Positions 25,727 to 37,035 of a stretch of 64,000 nucleotides of DNA are shown piece after piece (position 1 is the stretch's first letter; each line of letters begins with the position of its first letter). Source of the DNA: Psilocybe cubensis. Lineage: Eukaryota. Where the stretch lies: the NCBI GenBank assembly GCA_017499595.2, contig CM039007.1, forward strand, positions 496,001 to 560,000, read 5' to 3'. The notes beneath the pieces were generated by a model. It was given only the letters and a program-made list of their open reading frames with translations, ran no database searches and was not told the DNA's origin. Position numbers and translations under genes: made by a program.

Positions 25727-27542
25727 ATGGGAATTAATGGGTTATGGCCAGTAAGAACCATTCAATGTCATGTCTGAGTCTTGGTGTGCTGAGTTGGCTA
25801 CTACAGACAATCAAAGAAGCGGAAAGCAGGATCTCAATTCTCTCTACTGCTCTTGACCATCGAGAGAGTTCCGGAAAAATTGCGATGAAGCTTGGGGTTG
25901 ATATAAGGTATTTCATGGTTTAAAATTTTGATCTATTAGTCTTAATTAGAATCAAAAGCACACTTATGAGCGAGTGTGTTGCAGCACTACAGGGACCAAC
26001 AATCAGTGGCCAATTCTATGGCGGTGCACTGCACATTCTATTCATGAAAATGTGTGAATTCATCAAATATCCCTTGACTCTAGTATTTGTTTATGATGGC
26101 CCTGGTCGACCTCTCATAAAACGCGGGACTAATGTTCGTGTAAACCAAAGCCCATTTTGGACCAATCCATCTAAAGATATCATTCGGGCATTCGGATATC
26201 ACATACACCAGGTATTGCATGCTGTCTGTGTAATTGTATTTAATATTAACTCCAAAATAGGCGCCCGGAGAGGCTGAAGCGGAATTAGCTATGCTAAACC
26301 GTAGAGGATTGATTGATGGAATCATCACTAACGATAGTGATGTTTTTGTCTTTGGCGCACAAACAGTATACCGCACGTAAGAACATTCTTCAAACTTGCT
26401 CAGTATACTGGATATTGAACATCAAATTTTATTAGCATTCCAACCAAGGAAAGACATTTTGAAGATGAAATGATTGCCTACACGTACTCGCATCTTTTGG
26501 ATTTAGGATTAACATCCGGTGGACTTGTTTTATTTGCCCTAGTCTGTGGTGGCGATTACGATTGCGCGGGTCTCAAAGGATTTGGGCCGTCCCATGCACA
26601 TGCTCTTGCATCGTGCGGATTTGGGGATCAGCTTGTCAAAGCATTCCAGACGTTAAGCGGTGTTGCTCTTCAGGATTTTCTCAACCACTGGCGCACAGAA
26701 ATCAAGCATGAATTATTGACAAATTCCCATGGCCATCTACATAGCCGTTCACCTGTCCTGTCCGAACGTCTCACAGAATCTTTCCCCGACCTTGACATTC
26801 TTGATCTTTACTTGAATCCACTAACTTCTGCCCCAGGTCAAAAATTTCAACCGTGGATTTTACAAGAGCCATCAGTTCCCGGCCTAATTGATGTTTCGTC
26901 GACACACTTGGGATGGCGATCCGAGGATGTACTCAGGAAAAGGTTCAAAGCCAAGGTTTGGGAGGGTATTTTTCTTCAAATGCTTTATTCTGTAAGTCAT
27001 CTATTCACATTTACGAGTGCAAAACAAGGTCTCATGCTGCTTCTAGCCCCTCATATTATACGACTCTTCCCGGAAACTTTTCGCTACGCCAAATACCCAA
27101 GCTTTGGTTCTGACCTGTAAATTGCTCAAGCGCAAAGGCTGTGTACAACCCAACGCTTCAGAGTTACATGCCCGATTGCTTGTGTCGGCTCAGAACTTCG
27201 TCACATTGATGGGTTTCCACTCAAACCAATCCAATGAGGTTGACCAATTTCGAGTCTGGGTTCCTCGGAGTATTTTGCCCCAGGAGTTACATACTACAGT
27301 CGAAGGTAGTTTTATCTAACTGACCTACACATTGTATACTACTAACCACTTGCTCAGGTTCTCAATCCGTAACAAGAATGAAGATAAATCCCAGTCGAAG
27401 GCGCAGACCCAGCAGCAGCAGCTCCACGATGGAAGAACAAAACAATTCCATTCGGCATTTTGAGGTCATTGATTTGACTGACGAGACCGAGGTCTCGAAC
27501 ATTCAATCTACATCCAATGTTATTGATCTGACTCAGGATTAA
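25727..27542 (+). CDS. XPG/GEN1-like nuclease B, copy 2
   Basis: Repeat of 9333-11148 at +16394. Confidence 0.88.
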
Positions 27543-28596
27543 TTCTGGCTTCAACAGACGTAGCAAGTATGTAACAGCGTAGAAAAGTAACAAAGAGTAG
27601 TGATTAATGTACACAAGGAATTATTTGATTATTTGAAAGCGAGGTCTGCAGTGGTACAGCACAGAATTTCTACCAGATAAACGCTAGCGGTGAACGTCTG
27701 AGCATTGGGGAGGGGAAGGGGGTGTAGGACTGTTAACTCACAAAAACAATATGCCACTCTACTGCTCAGAAACAACGCCACACCTAAAAGCTAACCTCAC
27801 CGCCAATCACGGTTGATGGCTGGTAACAACTGGCGTGCAGGCATTATAGAGTCTTCTTTCAGGGATAGACAAATGTGACTCCTCCGCATCCATGATGGCG
27901 GCAGCGTTGGAGTTGTTCAGCATCTCGTGTAGGAGCACAAGCTGGCGATGGCAGAGATTGTGGCGATCCGTGGACGCGCGCCACGACGTAGATCTCTCTA
28001 AGTGGCAACAAAATTCTTCAACTATATTAAACCAGAAAAAGAAAGAAAAACGAACGCACGCTCAACATTGTTCGCAAACTCTCGCACCATACCCAAATCC
28101 CTCCATAGCCACACAAACACACCACCCAGAAACATAAAGAATTTGAAAGCAAGGTCTTCTGTAACACATGGATATGATAAATGTTAGCGGCACATGGGAG
28201 GAAGAGGAAACTCACAAAAAATAATACAAACAATGCCGCCCAAAAGCTAACCCCCACAAACATCCTTGGGGTCAAGCCTACAATGCAGCGGAGGCGTACA
28301 TTAGCCAGTGGGCGAGAAGATATGGGATTAACATCGTTAGATTGTCAGCAGCATTAGTAAAAAGTATACAGTGGAGTTAAAAGAACACCGGGTGGTAGGC
28401 AGTGAGTGTATGACCATGCCTGATCATTCCTCAGCTCCCATCCACCAGTGCACGGAGAAGGGGGGTAGAGCGAGCAAAAAAATGAACAGAGAACACTCAC
28501 GTTTTGCGCAGATCGGCCGCTCGAATCCAACAAGGAAAGCGGGTGCCCGTGAGCACACGTATTTGGGAATTGACGGCGTTGGGGGACGAAATTGTT

Positions 28597-28845
28597 GTGA
28601 CCGGAGCGGAGGTCGACCAGCGAAAAGCTGGTGACCGGAGAGTGACGAGCGGCGAGCGATCGAGGGCGGGTCCCAGCGCGATGAGTTAGCAGGAGGCGGG
28701 AATGAAGGGGAGTGAGGCAGAATGAAGGTGGAGGTCAACGAAAGATCAGATTCGCGGGAGTATTACATAATCATTATCTAAGCAGTCCGGTGACTCGCCG
28801 CGGTGACGGCGTCCCCAAGTCACAGGGAGTTCGCTATAGAACAAG
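28597..28845. other. Right border of the array (attR-like half junction with host DNA)
   Basis: Left-hand boxes and core are present. After gaacaag the sequence is agagaaaatg rather than gagacccc, and the right-hand GTCAC/GTGAC palindromes are absent. Confidence 0.85.
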
Positions 28846-29702
28846 AGAGAAAATGAAAAGTATGGTACTCGAATTATTAGGCCATATTGGTGTGAGAGCC
28901 TCGCCCGCTTCTAATACCATTACGACGATGAACTATGCTAATTGCACAATGAACGAGAGGAATAAAATGGAAAACTACCAATACACATTATTTCAAGCGA
29001 CGTATTGCACTCACACACGTATAAAGGCGCCAAAGAGGCCCCGAATAAAAAGCGGATTGTTTTTTGCTTTATTCTCTTCTTGGCTTTGTTATCTATGCTT
29101 TGTGTCACTTGTGCTCTTTGCTTTATATTTCTTTTGCGAAGAAACGGGGACATGAACAGCGCTGACAACTTTGTTTGTATCTAATGCTGTCATGCTTCAC
29201 GTAACAGCAAGGACAAATACAGCGCCGAGCTGATCACATCACGGCATTACGGCAATAAGCGTTCCAGAGGAACTTGGACCCGACGACGCAACTCGTGCGC
29301 CTGACACGTCGTAAGTTGCAAAAAACGCCTAACACCAACGCTCCACCCAAAAAAAAAAAAAAAAGTTGCAAAAAACGACCACACAGTTCTTCCAAGATGC
29401 TACTTTACGAATTTGAAAACGAATCAGACTCTATACCTTCCAAAAGTTACATCAGCGGCGTTGGTACTGGTATACTTTACCCAAGGCCACTCGAAATAGT
29501 CTCGCGCTCAGTATTCTCAGAGCACCGGGCAGACATACCATGCACACAGAGACCCGGTATATTTACGCCCCTAACACTCTGCAATCAAATGATGTTGTTG
29601 CAGCTTGAAAACCTGTACACAACAATGGAAAAACATGGACAAATTGTAAACTGATTCTCGGATTGAGTTGAAAAAAAGAAGTTTGAAGCCAAAATACATT
29701 CG

Positions 29703-30548
29703 TTAGTCTGGCATTGGCACAACTTCCCATCCAACTCCAACCCCCCGTTTGCCCTCCAAACTTTTCAATGGCGCATTCAGAGAATTTAACAAAGGCTCTT
29801 TCCACGGCTGTGCACGTTCCCAATTGACAATCTCCTTGGGGAACCCCATTGGGCAAACGTTTCCTGCCCCAGAAGGACGGTCAATGACAATCACAAAAAA
29901 ACCGCCCATATTTCCGGACCGTCTCGAGTCTTCGTCAAACAACTTCATCTGTAGCTTCAATTCATGTCTCTGCTCCGGTGGAAATCCGTCAACACTTTCA
30001 ACCCTTGCTTCAAAGGCCAAGAAGAGCCTGCTGGACTTCGAATTCCCTTCTTCATCCACAACGGGGATCACGTCAATGGCGAGGATATTGCGCAGCCGTC
30101 GGTCAGGGTCGTTTGCCAAATCCAGCGCTTGGATCCCGTATTTGAGTAATGAGGGCCGGTGCCTCGCGCAAAAGGCGCTCAGCTTCTTCATCACATCCTG
30201 TGCATCCGGGTGTTGTTTGCTATTCTCCACGTTGATCCTGCATGCAATCTTGTGAGTCGGCCACGCTGCCTTTTGGCACTCTTTGCTCTAAGAGGGATGT
30301 GCAGATAGCTTGAGTAAAGCATCCATTACAAGCTAGCGTATACTGACACAGTACCAGGCGCGTTTACAACCCCCGCAGTTAGACAGGATGACTCCGGGTT
30401 CCTGACGCGACTTATAGCACCATTGACATTGGGAGAGATCCTTCCGAGTGACGTTAGGGAATTGTGATGTCCCCTGACCACTCGTTGGACAAACCAGTCG
30501 TTGTTGGTCGGTTTGAGTATGGGATTCTTGAACCCCGATTTGATTCAT
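29703..30548 (-). CDS. MYND-type zinc finger protein (paralogue 1), 2 exons
   Basis: CQWC...CGGCKRAWYC|SKECQKAAWPTHKIAC; intron 30288-30347. Confidence 0.88.
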
Positions 30549-31201
30549 GGTGGTGGTTAGAAACTGAGTTTCAGAGTCGGTGCCAGATCTAGCCCGCATA
30601 ATACCGGAAGGCCAATAGTCAGATACAAGACACAACCGGTACATCTGGGCAATTATGACGTAGTCTTAGCCTGTTTGAGTCCTTTTGCATCAGCCTCGTC
30701 AAAACTGCCTTTTAATATGCTCAAAATCTAATACCATATTTGCAAGGAAAACTTGGATATGAGAAAAACTGATCGAGTGATATCTGCACGCTATCTCCTT
30801 TAACCTGAGAAGCGAAAATACTACAAAGCTCACACTTGTAATGTTTCAGATATTTCATCATGTCCCAAAGCGCATTTGCCATTCCGATTGACCGACCGCC
30901 AGGTTGTGAAGGTCTCCAAATCGTAGGTAGTCTGACCACCGAAGTGGAAATCCAAGCGCTCTGTATGACACTTTTTCCAGGCACATAGAGGTGGGAATGC
31001 ACTGAATCGCCTTTGAATCGTTGAAGCAGCTCCGACACGACAGATCAGTGTTTGATTCCTGCCCCAAAGCTAACCCTCTTCAACTCACTCATTTTGCCAG
31101 TAATCGATCTTGAGACTTATAAACATCAACAATAAAATGAATACATTGTACAAGCATTTGCAATCTGAGTAGAAAGAAGTTTAAACATAAACATACACTC
31201 G

Positions 31202-32050
31202 CTATTCTGGCATAGGTACTGCTTCACATGCAATTTTAAATCCCCGTTGTTTTTTCTCAAGTCGTGTCAATGGCGCATTCAGGGCGTCTAACAAGGGCTC
31301 TTTCCACGGTAGCCCACGTTCCCACTTCAGAATATCCTTTGGGAACCCCATTGGGCAAACGTTCGCCACCCCAGAAGGACGATCAAAGACCATCACTAAG
31401 AAACCGCCCATACCTCCAGTCCGTCTCTGGTCTTCTTCAAACAACTTCATCTGTAGCTTCATTTCATCTCTCCGCTCCGGTGGAAATGATTCAATACTTT
31501 TAACCCTCGCTTCAAATGCATGAAAGAGCCTGCTGGACTTCGAATTCCCTTCTTCGTGTACAACGGGGATCACGTCAATGACGAGGATATTGCGCAGCCG
31601 CCTCTCAGGGTCGTTGGCTAAATCCAGTGCTTGAATACCGTGCTTGAAGAAGGAGGGCCGGTGTCTCGCGCAGAAGGTACTCAGCTTCTTCCACACATCC
31701 TGTGCATTTGGAAGTCGTTTACTCGCCTCCATGTTGACCCTGCACCTAATCTTGTGGGTTGGCCACGCCGCCTTTTGGCACGCTTTGCTCTAAGTGGGAT
31801 GTGCAGATAACTCGAGTGCCACGTCTGTTACTAGCCAGCATGTACTCACACAGAACCTTGCCCGTTGACAACCCGCACATCTAGACAAGGTGATGCCGGG
31901 TTCTTGAGCTGACTTGTAGCACCATTGACACTGAGTGAGGTCCTTTCGAGTGACGTGAGGGAATTGTGATGCCTCTTGGCCACTCGCAGGACGTGTCAAT
32001 GTTGGTTGGTTGGTTTGAGTGCAGTATTTGTCGACCTCAAATTGGCTCAT
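31202..32050 (-). CDS. MYND-type zinc finger protein (paralogue 2), 2 exons
   Basis: CQWC...CAGCQRARFC|SKACQKAAWPTHKIRC; closely similar to paralogue 1 over the whole length, same intron position. Confidence 0.88.
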
Positions 32051-32908
32051 GGTGGTGGTTAGAGACTGAGCATAACCAGCGCCAAATTTCATATCTATAT
32101 AAGGAGGAGACACGGTGGCACGTCCTTGGCAGTATGGCCATTGACATAGCTTGTTTGTGTCCTGTTGATGGCCTGAAAGGGCCTGAATCTTGAGTTGAAC
32201 ATCATTTATGCGCTTTGATATGTCCAAAGGGCTGTCGATATTTTTGCAAGCTAGATCCAATGCTCACCTCTAATGTCCAGGGCATCGTCCCTTTGGTTTA
32301 CCAAACATATCCGGATCCCTGATCAATACTGGGGGGGAGGCTAGAAAGCACAATTTCCATCTAACAAGTAAATCTTCGGAATGGTGAATAAGATTATTAG
32401 TAGTTCTTGAGGGAATTCTGAGGAAAGGGCTTTACAAAGGGGATCAAGCAAGGTCGAAGGGAGGTGCGTCTTTCAAGTTGTTCAGATCCTTCAGATGAAC
32501 ACGGCTGATCGTATCACGGCACTGAGTCGGCAAGCGGACATATCCGACTATAAGTACAACTTTAAGAAGAGTCGTTGGCAAGAACTTGCAAGAAGGGTGT
32601 ATGTATTATAGAAGTGCATTTTTTATCAGCCAATCTTTTAACTTTAATAGTACTGCTCTACTGAAATTGGGGTATGATCCCCCAAAGCTGCAACCGGACG
32701 ACTATCTCGTGCCGACCAACCGATAACGCTCGCGGCTCCACCACAAAAAAAAATCTTATGAGAATTATAGTAACCTTGACTTTTGCTGCTAAAGTAAAAA
32801 AAATCTATTAGCAAGGCCTGAACCTGAAGGCGACCCACGGTGATGCAGTAATATATTCATGTTTGGTGATGAATATTAGCATAGTTCGATTCTTAATGTG
32901 AATTAAAA

Positions 32909-33647
32909 TCAACCATTGAATACCATGCCATAGTTCAACTTGGTAATCAACGGTTCTCTCCAATCGTCCATATCGAGGCCTGGAGGGGTCGAAGGCAGAG
33001 CGTGAGTGAACGCAATTGGCCAGGTTATGGATATCATGCTCTCAACGTCTGTTGTTATGACCACCATTCCGCACAGTTGCTTATCTCGCTTCACTTCAGC
33101 CTTCAGCTTCTCCAACTCCAGTCGAAATCCCAATTCATGTGCTCCTCCGAGCTCGTCCATACGTCGGGGCTTTGCGTCAATCGCAAGGAATGCCTTTTCT
33201 GGGCGCAGCAACGATGCTCCAGGCGATGGACGGACTAAAATATGAAACACCTCGTTCTCCCATCTTTCGATGTTTCGATGCAAATCTAGACCCAGTATGC
33301 CGTAGCACATCATTAGCGGGCGTTGCTTCATGCAGTATGCACGTAGCATGTTGTGACGATCGTTGATAGAAGAGGTGGCCACAGATTTGAGGCCACGGAT
33401 GCCTTGGCATGTTGGCTTGTGACGTGGCCATGCTGCCTTTTGACACTCTTTGCTCTGCGTTCAGAAGTCAGTGAAGTGAGTATGATATATTGTCCATAAG
33501 ATAGTCAAACACTGAATAACGACGTACACAGTAATACGATGCTTGACAGCCTCCGCATTTGAAGAGAGTGACCCCATCATTTGTAGATTTCCAACAACCC
33601 TGACATTGCACGAGGTTTTTTCGAAGTCTTTTGTCTTCTCCAGGCAT
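32909..33647 (-). CDS. MYND-type zinc finger protein (diverged paralogue 3), 2 exons
   Basis: MPGEDKRLRKNLVQCQGC...CGGCQASYYC|SKECQKAAWPRHKPTC; C-terminal domain shares LDL and W(R/K)EPL..LN with the other two. Confidence 0.85.
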
Positions 33648-33761
33648 ATCTTCACACGAAATAGCAAGCGAGAAAGGCAAGTTGTTGGAGACAGTAGGAA
33701 CCTGAAATTTGCACAATCACGTGCACTTTTTGACTTCGACAAAAACTCAACGGGTGAATAT

Positions 33762-34443
33762 AGGACCCGGGAAGCTCCCCTATAAGCATGTCCGCCTGGG
33801 ATCCCAATTTTTGCCCTCAAATCCGCGAGATTTTGGGGCTCAAATCCGCGAAACCGGACAATGCCCGATAGGGGCTTTCCCGATTAGGAATTTTTTTTTC
33901 AGCCCTGCGGGGCGAGCTTGCAAAACCACTCGACGGCTCGACAACTCATTAATTGATTGCAAAAGAAACATATGGAGTAGATATTTAGGTGTTACAGGCC
34001 TCCATTACTAGTTATCAGGATAGTGAAGAAATATGTCAGGGTAGCAGAGAAAAGACATCTTCAAGTTTCACCAATATGCTGTATATAGGAAATGTAACCT
34101 TGCTTCGATTTACTACTGTGCGTTCCCGTTGATTTCCATCGTCTACCGCTCTTAGATAATAGACGCTGGCCAATCATTGCAATCTAAGAGGGATCCCGGC
34201 CCCAAATTTGGCCAACAATTAGCTGCAGCTGGGAAAAAATGGTTGCGGCATGCCGCCTTTGAACAATTACTACAGAAGTTTTTTAAAAATATGGGCCTCA
34301 AATCCGCCAAACCGGACTTTGTTTGGCCAAAATTTTGCCTGCGGCGCCCTCAAATCCGCGAGAACTGGACAAAGAAATTGCCATTTTTTGGCCTCAAATC
34401 CGCGAAAATCCGGACATGCCTGCACGGGAGCTTCCCGGGTCCT
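33762..34443. mobile_element. Non-autonomous TIR DNA transposon (MITE), 682 bp, 8-bp TSD
   Basis: TIR aggacccgggaagctccc (18 bp perfect, ~33 bp imperfect through gcatgtccg). TSD gtgaatat at 33754-33761 and 34444-34451. Five subterminal ctcaaatccgc motifs. Confidence 0.9.
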
Positions 34444-34722
34444 GTGAATATAAGACCGGCCGATGACATAGTGAAGAAATTTCATGAGAGCATTGCTTTT
34501 ATGGTGTACCGAATACATATCTCTGAATATGATAAATAACTTGAATAATATTTATAAACCTCATGGGAAGACTCGTACATGTAAAATTCATTGAAGTCAT
34601 GAAGTTCATCCGAACTTGGCATCAGCCTTTCCCGCGGGTGGACAACGCAGATCAGTGTGGGCGCCTAAGTGAAAAAAGCCCCAGCATTTACACAAGAGTG
34701 CGCTAGGAACTTGAGTCTTTCT

Positions 34723-34947
34723 TCAGCTAGTACTCCTCTTGAGGCGTCCCCCAGAAAACACCTTATCGAAGCGGTCCCAGATCCCATTCCAAAAATCCCA
34801 GAACCGCATAGGCTCATCGTTAGTGATGAAGAACACCTCTCCCGCAACGAGAGGACGTGCATAGGAATTGAGGCGGTCAGCAGCCAGAACATGTGCATCA
34901 GCGACATTCGCGACGTATGTCCGGTCGACCAAGTTAGTGTTGTGGCC
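34723..34947 (-). pseudogene. Fragment resembling the C-terminal part of C-3 sterol dehydrogenase (ERG26/NSDHL-type 3-beta-HSD)
   Basis: GHNTNLVDRTYVANVADAHVLAADRL...VAGEVFFITNDEPMRFWDF matches the family pattern TYV.NVA.AH.LA...G..FFITN.EP..FWDF. No N-terminal Rossmann motif upstream; early stop. Confidence 0.65.
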
Positions 34948-35216
34948 ATTTTGCGTTCTCCATTGACCAGTGTTGTAGTTTCATATAGATGATAGTGATT
35001 GTTGGTTGAACATGATTGTGCGGACCCGTGAACCCCATTTATATTCTTCATTTTGACGTGTGTATGCAATCATAGCCGGACAAATCAACACGAGCTCACA
35101 AAATAGTAAAAGGGTTGCGGTCTGAAGAATTCTTTCATTTGATTAAGCAGACTAGGAGGACAAGACGCCATGTCGGTAAAATCGGTTATTACGACACCTA
35201 GATGATTTCAAAACAC

Positions 35217-36561
35217 TCAAAATATTACAAAGCAAGACAACATCATGTACCATCGACTCCCCGAATTTGAAGTCCTGAAACAACCTGATCGTCCTTCTTC
35301 TCTCAAGGTCAAAGGAACACAAAGTTTGGTCATCGAATCCACAGCCATGCCATCAGCGCAAGTGGCATCAAAGGCCTCCAATACAGCACGCGACCAAGAA
35401 TCGTAATTTGTAGGGTTCCGAGATACGCTTGCCTGCTCGGCATGCAGAAATTCGCCTGTGGCCGTTTTGCTGGTGGCAGCCCTGTTACAGACACGTGGAA
35501 TATGAATTCCATTAATGTGCCTCCCCACAACGTTTTTGGTGGCTGTCAGAGGGCAATTGCTATCCGACGGAAGTGACACCCTCCAGGATGGAAAGCTCTG
35601 CTTCAATGTTCGCTGAAGTCTTTTTATTGGGCGATCGACATCATCGGTGTACCAAGCCTTGGATGACGATGAGTTTCCTGTAGGCAGTTGAACTTAGTCA
35701 CGACCCAACAAGCAGGATCTAAACTCACCGATTCCTGAAGAGAGGAAAATATGATCGGAGGGACACGTCAAAGATCCCTTTCCATGAAGTTGCAGAAAGC
35801 TGCAAGAAGATGGGGAGCATCCTGATTTTCGATGTTGCCATTGGTAGATAGCTACACTTGCATCAAAAAAAGGTTCTTCCTGATAAATTTAGTTCAATTT
35901 TAATTTAAGAAAAGAGAAAAGCGATAATCACGTCATTATGTGCAGGGTCCGTTCGATAGTAATCCTGGGTGGGCGAAACAGGGAGAATGCAATTTGAATT
36001 GTCTAGATAGGCAGTACGAGTCCGACCGGTCACAAGAAGACTTTTGGATCCTGTCGATTCGAAAATATGTGCTGCCTGCTGCACAGTACCCAGATCATAA
36101 CCTGGATGAGGGGCGGATATATGAAGATCTCTTGACGTCCGTGAGCGAGATGATGGAACAATCATGAAACCCCAGCCCTTGAGGTATGTTCCGCACCGGG
36201 ACGTTACTTCATACAGTAGACAAAAGTTCCCAAAAGGCTCAATAGCATACAATCCTTGGAGAGAATGGGGGACTGATGTCGTTGAACAATCCCCGTCAAC
36301 CGAGAGCAGCGATGCCACAGCAAGTCCCCAATCTCTTCGTTGATTTCCAACAGGCTGAGCCAAATTATACGTCGCAGCATCATAGAAAGCGTGAGGAACG
36401 GTAAAGGTGTCTAAACATGAAACCAGTGCGTTGAGAGTTGGCGATGTATGTAAACATGAACGTGGAGAAAGGTTGAGATTTGTTTGTAAGCCTGTAATCT
36501 TCAGAAAGGTGTAAAACACAGGCTGCAGTAGGTTGACCCAAAAGGCTAGTATGGTTTGCAT
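35217..36561 (-). CDS. Hypothetical, probably secreted protein; possible Zn-dependent hydrolase fold, 3 exons
   Basis: Hydrophobic N-terminus, several Cys, motifs HISAPHPGYDLGT, TDPAHN, LQLHGKG, GEFLHAEQ; introns ~35880-35932 and ~35679-35728. Confidence 0.7.
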
Positions 36562-37035
36562 AGTATATGTTTGTGGGCCTCGATCTTGTTATGCACGACG
36601 TTACCATAAACCTTAGACGTCAAGGTGGAGTTTCCAATACCCCATGGCTCGAGCCTGATACCCAATTTTTTCCACCACGACTCCGCTTTGCGAACCCGCA
36701 ATTCGAACGGGTTATACGATTATTTAGTCGAGTGATCTTGTGATTATCGATGTACAGGAGGGATCAATGTTGATGCAATGTCGATGTTTGAGGAAAAGAC
36801 AAGATATTTGAAGGTAAAAGAATGTCACCCTGAGTACTGGTTATCGAACACGTACATCGTCAACCCTATCCTAAGGCACGTGATTCAGGAAAAATAGTTT
36901 CGCGTTTCCAAAGCGCGAAAGGGAAGTATGGGCTTGACGATCCTTCCGAGTTATACACACAAATATATATATTTAAGACAACATCGCATCCAAATGAGCT
37001 ACTATTAGAACTATTCAAAATTTGAAAAACATAAA

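Larger units (their letters stand above)
20577..28842 (+). mobile_element. Crypton-like element family B, copy 2 (terminal element of the array)
   Basis: Repeat of 4183-12448; ends at core 28829-28842 followed by unique sequence. Confidence 0.85.
1..28845 (+). repeat. Tandem array with 16,394-bp period (1..12451 = 16395..28845); continues off the left edge of the window
   Basis: Position 1 (atatcaaatt) recurs at 16395. ORFs in 1-12.3 kb recur with identical translation at +16394. Identity ends after ...ctatagaacaag (12451 vs 28845). Confidence 0.97.

Noticed and set aside
1-28845. Starship-type giant element
   Set aside because: Units are only ~8 kb, and the recombinase looks Crypton/Ndc10-like with a GCR1_C-like tail. 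I see no DUF3435 captain features and no variable cargo.
1-28845. DIRS/Ngaro tyrosine-recombinase retrotransposon or LTR element
   Set aside because: No gag, reverse transcriptase or RNase H motifs; genes are intron-rich; no LTRs or split direct repeats.
28712-29155. 147-aa ORF crossing the array border
   Set aside because: A chance read-through from element end into host DNA; non-ATG start and no recognisable motifs.
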